Assembly: GCA_048886685.1 (NCBI GenBank)
Contig: JBHLKM010000015.1
Location: 49,073-113,072, forward strand
Direction: 5' to 3'
Source of the DNA: Candidatus Hodarchaeota archaeon
GTDB lineage: Archaea; Asgardarchaeota; Lokiarchaeia; Sigyniarchaeales; SOKP01
DNA: 64,000 bases
A program made the translations under genes and the position numbers. The notes beneath the pieces are model-generated. The model saw only the letters and a list, made by a program, of their open reading frames with translations, was not told the origin of the DNA and searched no databases. Shown piece after piece: positions 62,574 through 64,000 of the stretch. Within the stretch, counting starts at the first letter, position 1. Each line of letters opens with the position of its first letter.

Positions 62574-62660
62574 TAAGTAAAAATTGGATCTAAAATAAGG
62601 GAAGAAGGATTTCCTTAAAAGCCTTATGTACGAGAATTTCGATTTCTGATTTTCTTTAGT

Positions 62661-62708
62661 TTTTTCAATGGAATTTTCATTGAAATCAGACGCTGAATTT
62701 ACCTTTCA
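62661..62708 (+). repeat. Repeat A copy 11
   Basis: tttttcaatggaattttcattgaaatcagacgctgaatttacctttca. Confidence 0.95.
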
Positions 62709-62729
62709 TGAATATAAAATTAAAAAATA

Positions 62730-62850
62730 AAATCTAAGCTCAAGAACATACTCCTTCTAATCCATCTCAATCTCATCCGTTTCCTACCAGCCAAAATACG
62801 ACCACAAACCCTCAAACCCTAAGCCTGAACCCTGTAATCCTCTCTCGATT
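62730..62850. repeat. Repeat B2: diverged copy of the 23S trailer
   Basis: aagctcaagaacatactccttc…ccctcaaaccctaagcctgaaccctgt is colinear with about 63808-63923. Confidence 0.88.
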
Positions 62851-62871
62851 AATTGATTTTAAATTAAATAA

Positions 62872-63696
62872 TTAAGAAGAAAGGATTTGTTTTATAAATT
62901 GTATACTATTAAGAAGATTTTTTGCGCTAGCTAACTCGATTACCAGTGCTCCTTTATATCCATAATCTCGTATTATGTCAATAATTTTGGGAAAATTAAC
63001 TTTACCAGTCCCTAAATCTGGATGAGTATCTGAATTCTTATCAAAATTTTCAACGATGTGCACATTTTTTATCCTCTCATGAAATCTCTCCCAGAAGACT
63101 CCAACATTCCCATCATTCGTCCATAAATGGGATGTATCATAAGTAATATACAAATCTGAACGATTTAGTTTAGAGAGAAAAAATTCAATCTCATCCTCAT
63201 CCAAAAATATATTCATCCGAAAATTTGGCATATTTTCTAAACATATTTTAACACCGTAATCAATAGTAGCGTTCAATAATTTATCAACGGAACCTACTAA
63301 TCTTTTTTTAGCTCTCATTCCAAGACCTGAGAAACCAGGATGAACCACCATAATTTCTGCTCCGATTTCCTGGCATATTTGAGCCGTTTGGACATAACAA
63401 TCTATTGATGATCTCGCGATCCAAGGATTACTTGAACACAATGATAAATCAAGAAATGGAGCGTGTATTTGTTTTTTAATAGAATAGGAATTACATAGTT
63501 CAATAAATCTCTTTTGACTCTCTTGATTTAACACATCTGGTGGTTCTAACACCACTTCACATATCTTAAAATTATTCTCTTCTGAAAATTCCAAACACTC
63601 TTTTGATGATTCAATTAATACGTCAATTAAATTAGTATATTTTCCCGAACGAAGACAATCTCCCCAATTTCCCGAAGAACTAATAGCTAATTCCAT
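62872..63696 (-). CDS. Sugar phosphate isomerase/epimerase (AP endonuclease 2 TIM barrel)
   Basis: IHAPFLD, VVHPG, CLENM, YDTSH, HPDLGTGKVNF, LVIE. Confidence 0.9.
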   Translation of the reverse strand: MELAISSSGNWGDCLRSGKYTNLIDVLIESSKECLEFSEENNFKICEVVLEPPDVLNQESQKRFIELCNSYSIKKQIHAPFLDLSLCSSNPWIARSSIDCYVQTAQICQEIGAEIMVVHPGFSGLGMRAKKRLVGSVDKLLNATIDYGVKICLENMPNFRMNIFLDEDEIEFFLSKLNRSDLYITYDTSHLWTNDGNVGVFWERFHERIKNVHIVENFDKNSDTHPDLGTGKVNFPKIIDIIRDYGYKGALVIELASAKNLLNSIQFIKQILSS

Positions 63697-63806
63697 TAAA
63701 TAAACCTCGTAATTAAATATAGATGTGTTTATTTTTTTGATTAATAATTATTAAAAATTTCCTATTAATCACGGATTAATGAGATTTATCGGTTAAAAAT
63801 AAAAGT

Positions 63807-63919
63807 AAAATCAAAGCTCAAGAACATACTCCTTCCTACTCATCCCAAACTTATTCTTACCAGTCAAAACACGCTTCATACCCTCAAGCTCTAAGCCTGA
63901 ACCTTGTGCTCCCCTTTCG
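63807..63919 (-). other. 23S rRNA 3' trailer, probably including the 3' strand of the pre-23S processing stem
   Basis: Purine/GC-rich segment right after the 23S end on the minus strand (GGGGAGCACAAGGTTCAGGCTTAG); pairing partner would lie outside the window. Confidence 0.55.
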
Positions 63920-64000
63920 ACTTCCACACACTCGTGCTATTGAGAGTAGCAGGCTAAATAGGTCGCCCGAAAGCTCCCTACGTACACCCCTACCTCACCA
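63920..64000 (-). rRNA. rrl: 23S rRNA, 3'-terminal ~80 nt (gene continues beyond the window; mature end approximate)
   Basis: Reverse complement TGGTGAGGTAGGGGTGTACGTAGGGAGCTTTCGGGCGACCTATTTAGCCTGCTACTCTCAATAGCACGAG fits the archaeal 23S terminal helices (GGGGTGTA…TT[CT]AGCCTGC…CAAT..C.CGAG), with pairings GUAG/CUAC and UAGG/CCUA and a UUCG loop. Confidence 0.85.

Noticed and set aside
40108-62708. Repeat A as a CRISPR array (contains TTTCAA…ATTGAAA)
   Set aside because: Spacing is 0.25-8 kb and irregular with whole genes between copies; no cas genes or leader seen.
40108-62708. Repeat A as canonical attC, dif, ORB or C/D-box sRNA
   Set aside because: No AAC/GTT R-boxes and cargo lies on both strands; no TTAT-type Xer arms with a 6-bp spacer; no TCCAxTGGAA plus G-string; a CTGA is present but no C box.
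47912-63880. Provirus or ICE inside the direct repeats
   Set aside because: No integrase, capsid, replication or conjugation genes are recognisable.
63881-64000. Terminal GC-rich sequence as SRP RNA, RNase P RNA, group II intron D5, SECIS or pistol ribozyme
   Set aside because: Only short partial motif resemblances; the colinear fit to the archaeal 23S 3' helices is much better.

Overview
AT-rich archaeal chromosome segment, very likely Asgard (Lokiarchaeia-like): archaeal RNAP, TFE, PAN and NAC genes sit beside Rab-like GTPases, TPR-longin-like proteins and IPG[YF] C-terminal-anchored surface proteins. About 1-35 kb is core and metabolic: rpoH-rpoB, tfe, mbf1, pan, PUA, nac, an intein-containing class III RNR with a decayed duplicate of its 3' end, ilvE, two small GTPases and an acyl-CoA cluster. 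The window ends inside the 3' terminus of a minus-strand 23S rRNA gene. The 25-28 kb downstream of that gene (about 36-63.9 kb) is an accessory array and the main finding. It holds 11 co-oriented intergenic copies of a ~40-bp structured site (AAAGG-AAT-TTTC-att-GAAA-TCAG-acg-CTGA-ATT-TA-CCTTT) that separate mostly one- or two-gene modules and gene fragments. It also holds repeated copies of the 23S 3' end and trailer, one of them 80/81 nt identical and 16 kb from the gene. No integrase, transposase or cas gene is visible, and the site is neither a canonical attC nor a CRISPR repeat. I infer a candidate rRNA-anchored, integron-like gene-capture platform. Its mechanism and novelty are inference and need comparative genomics to confirm.
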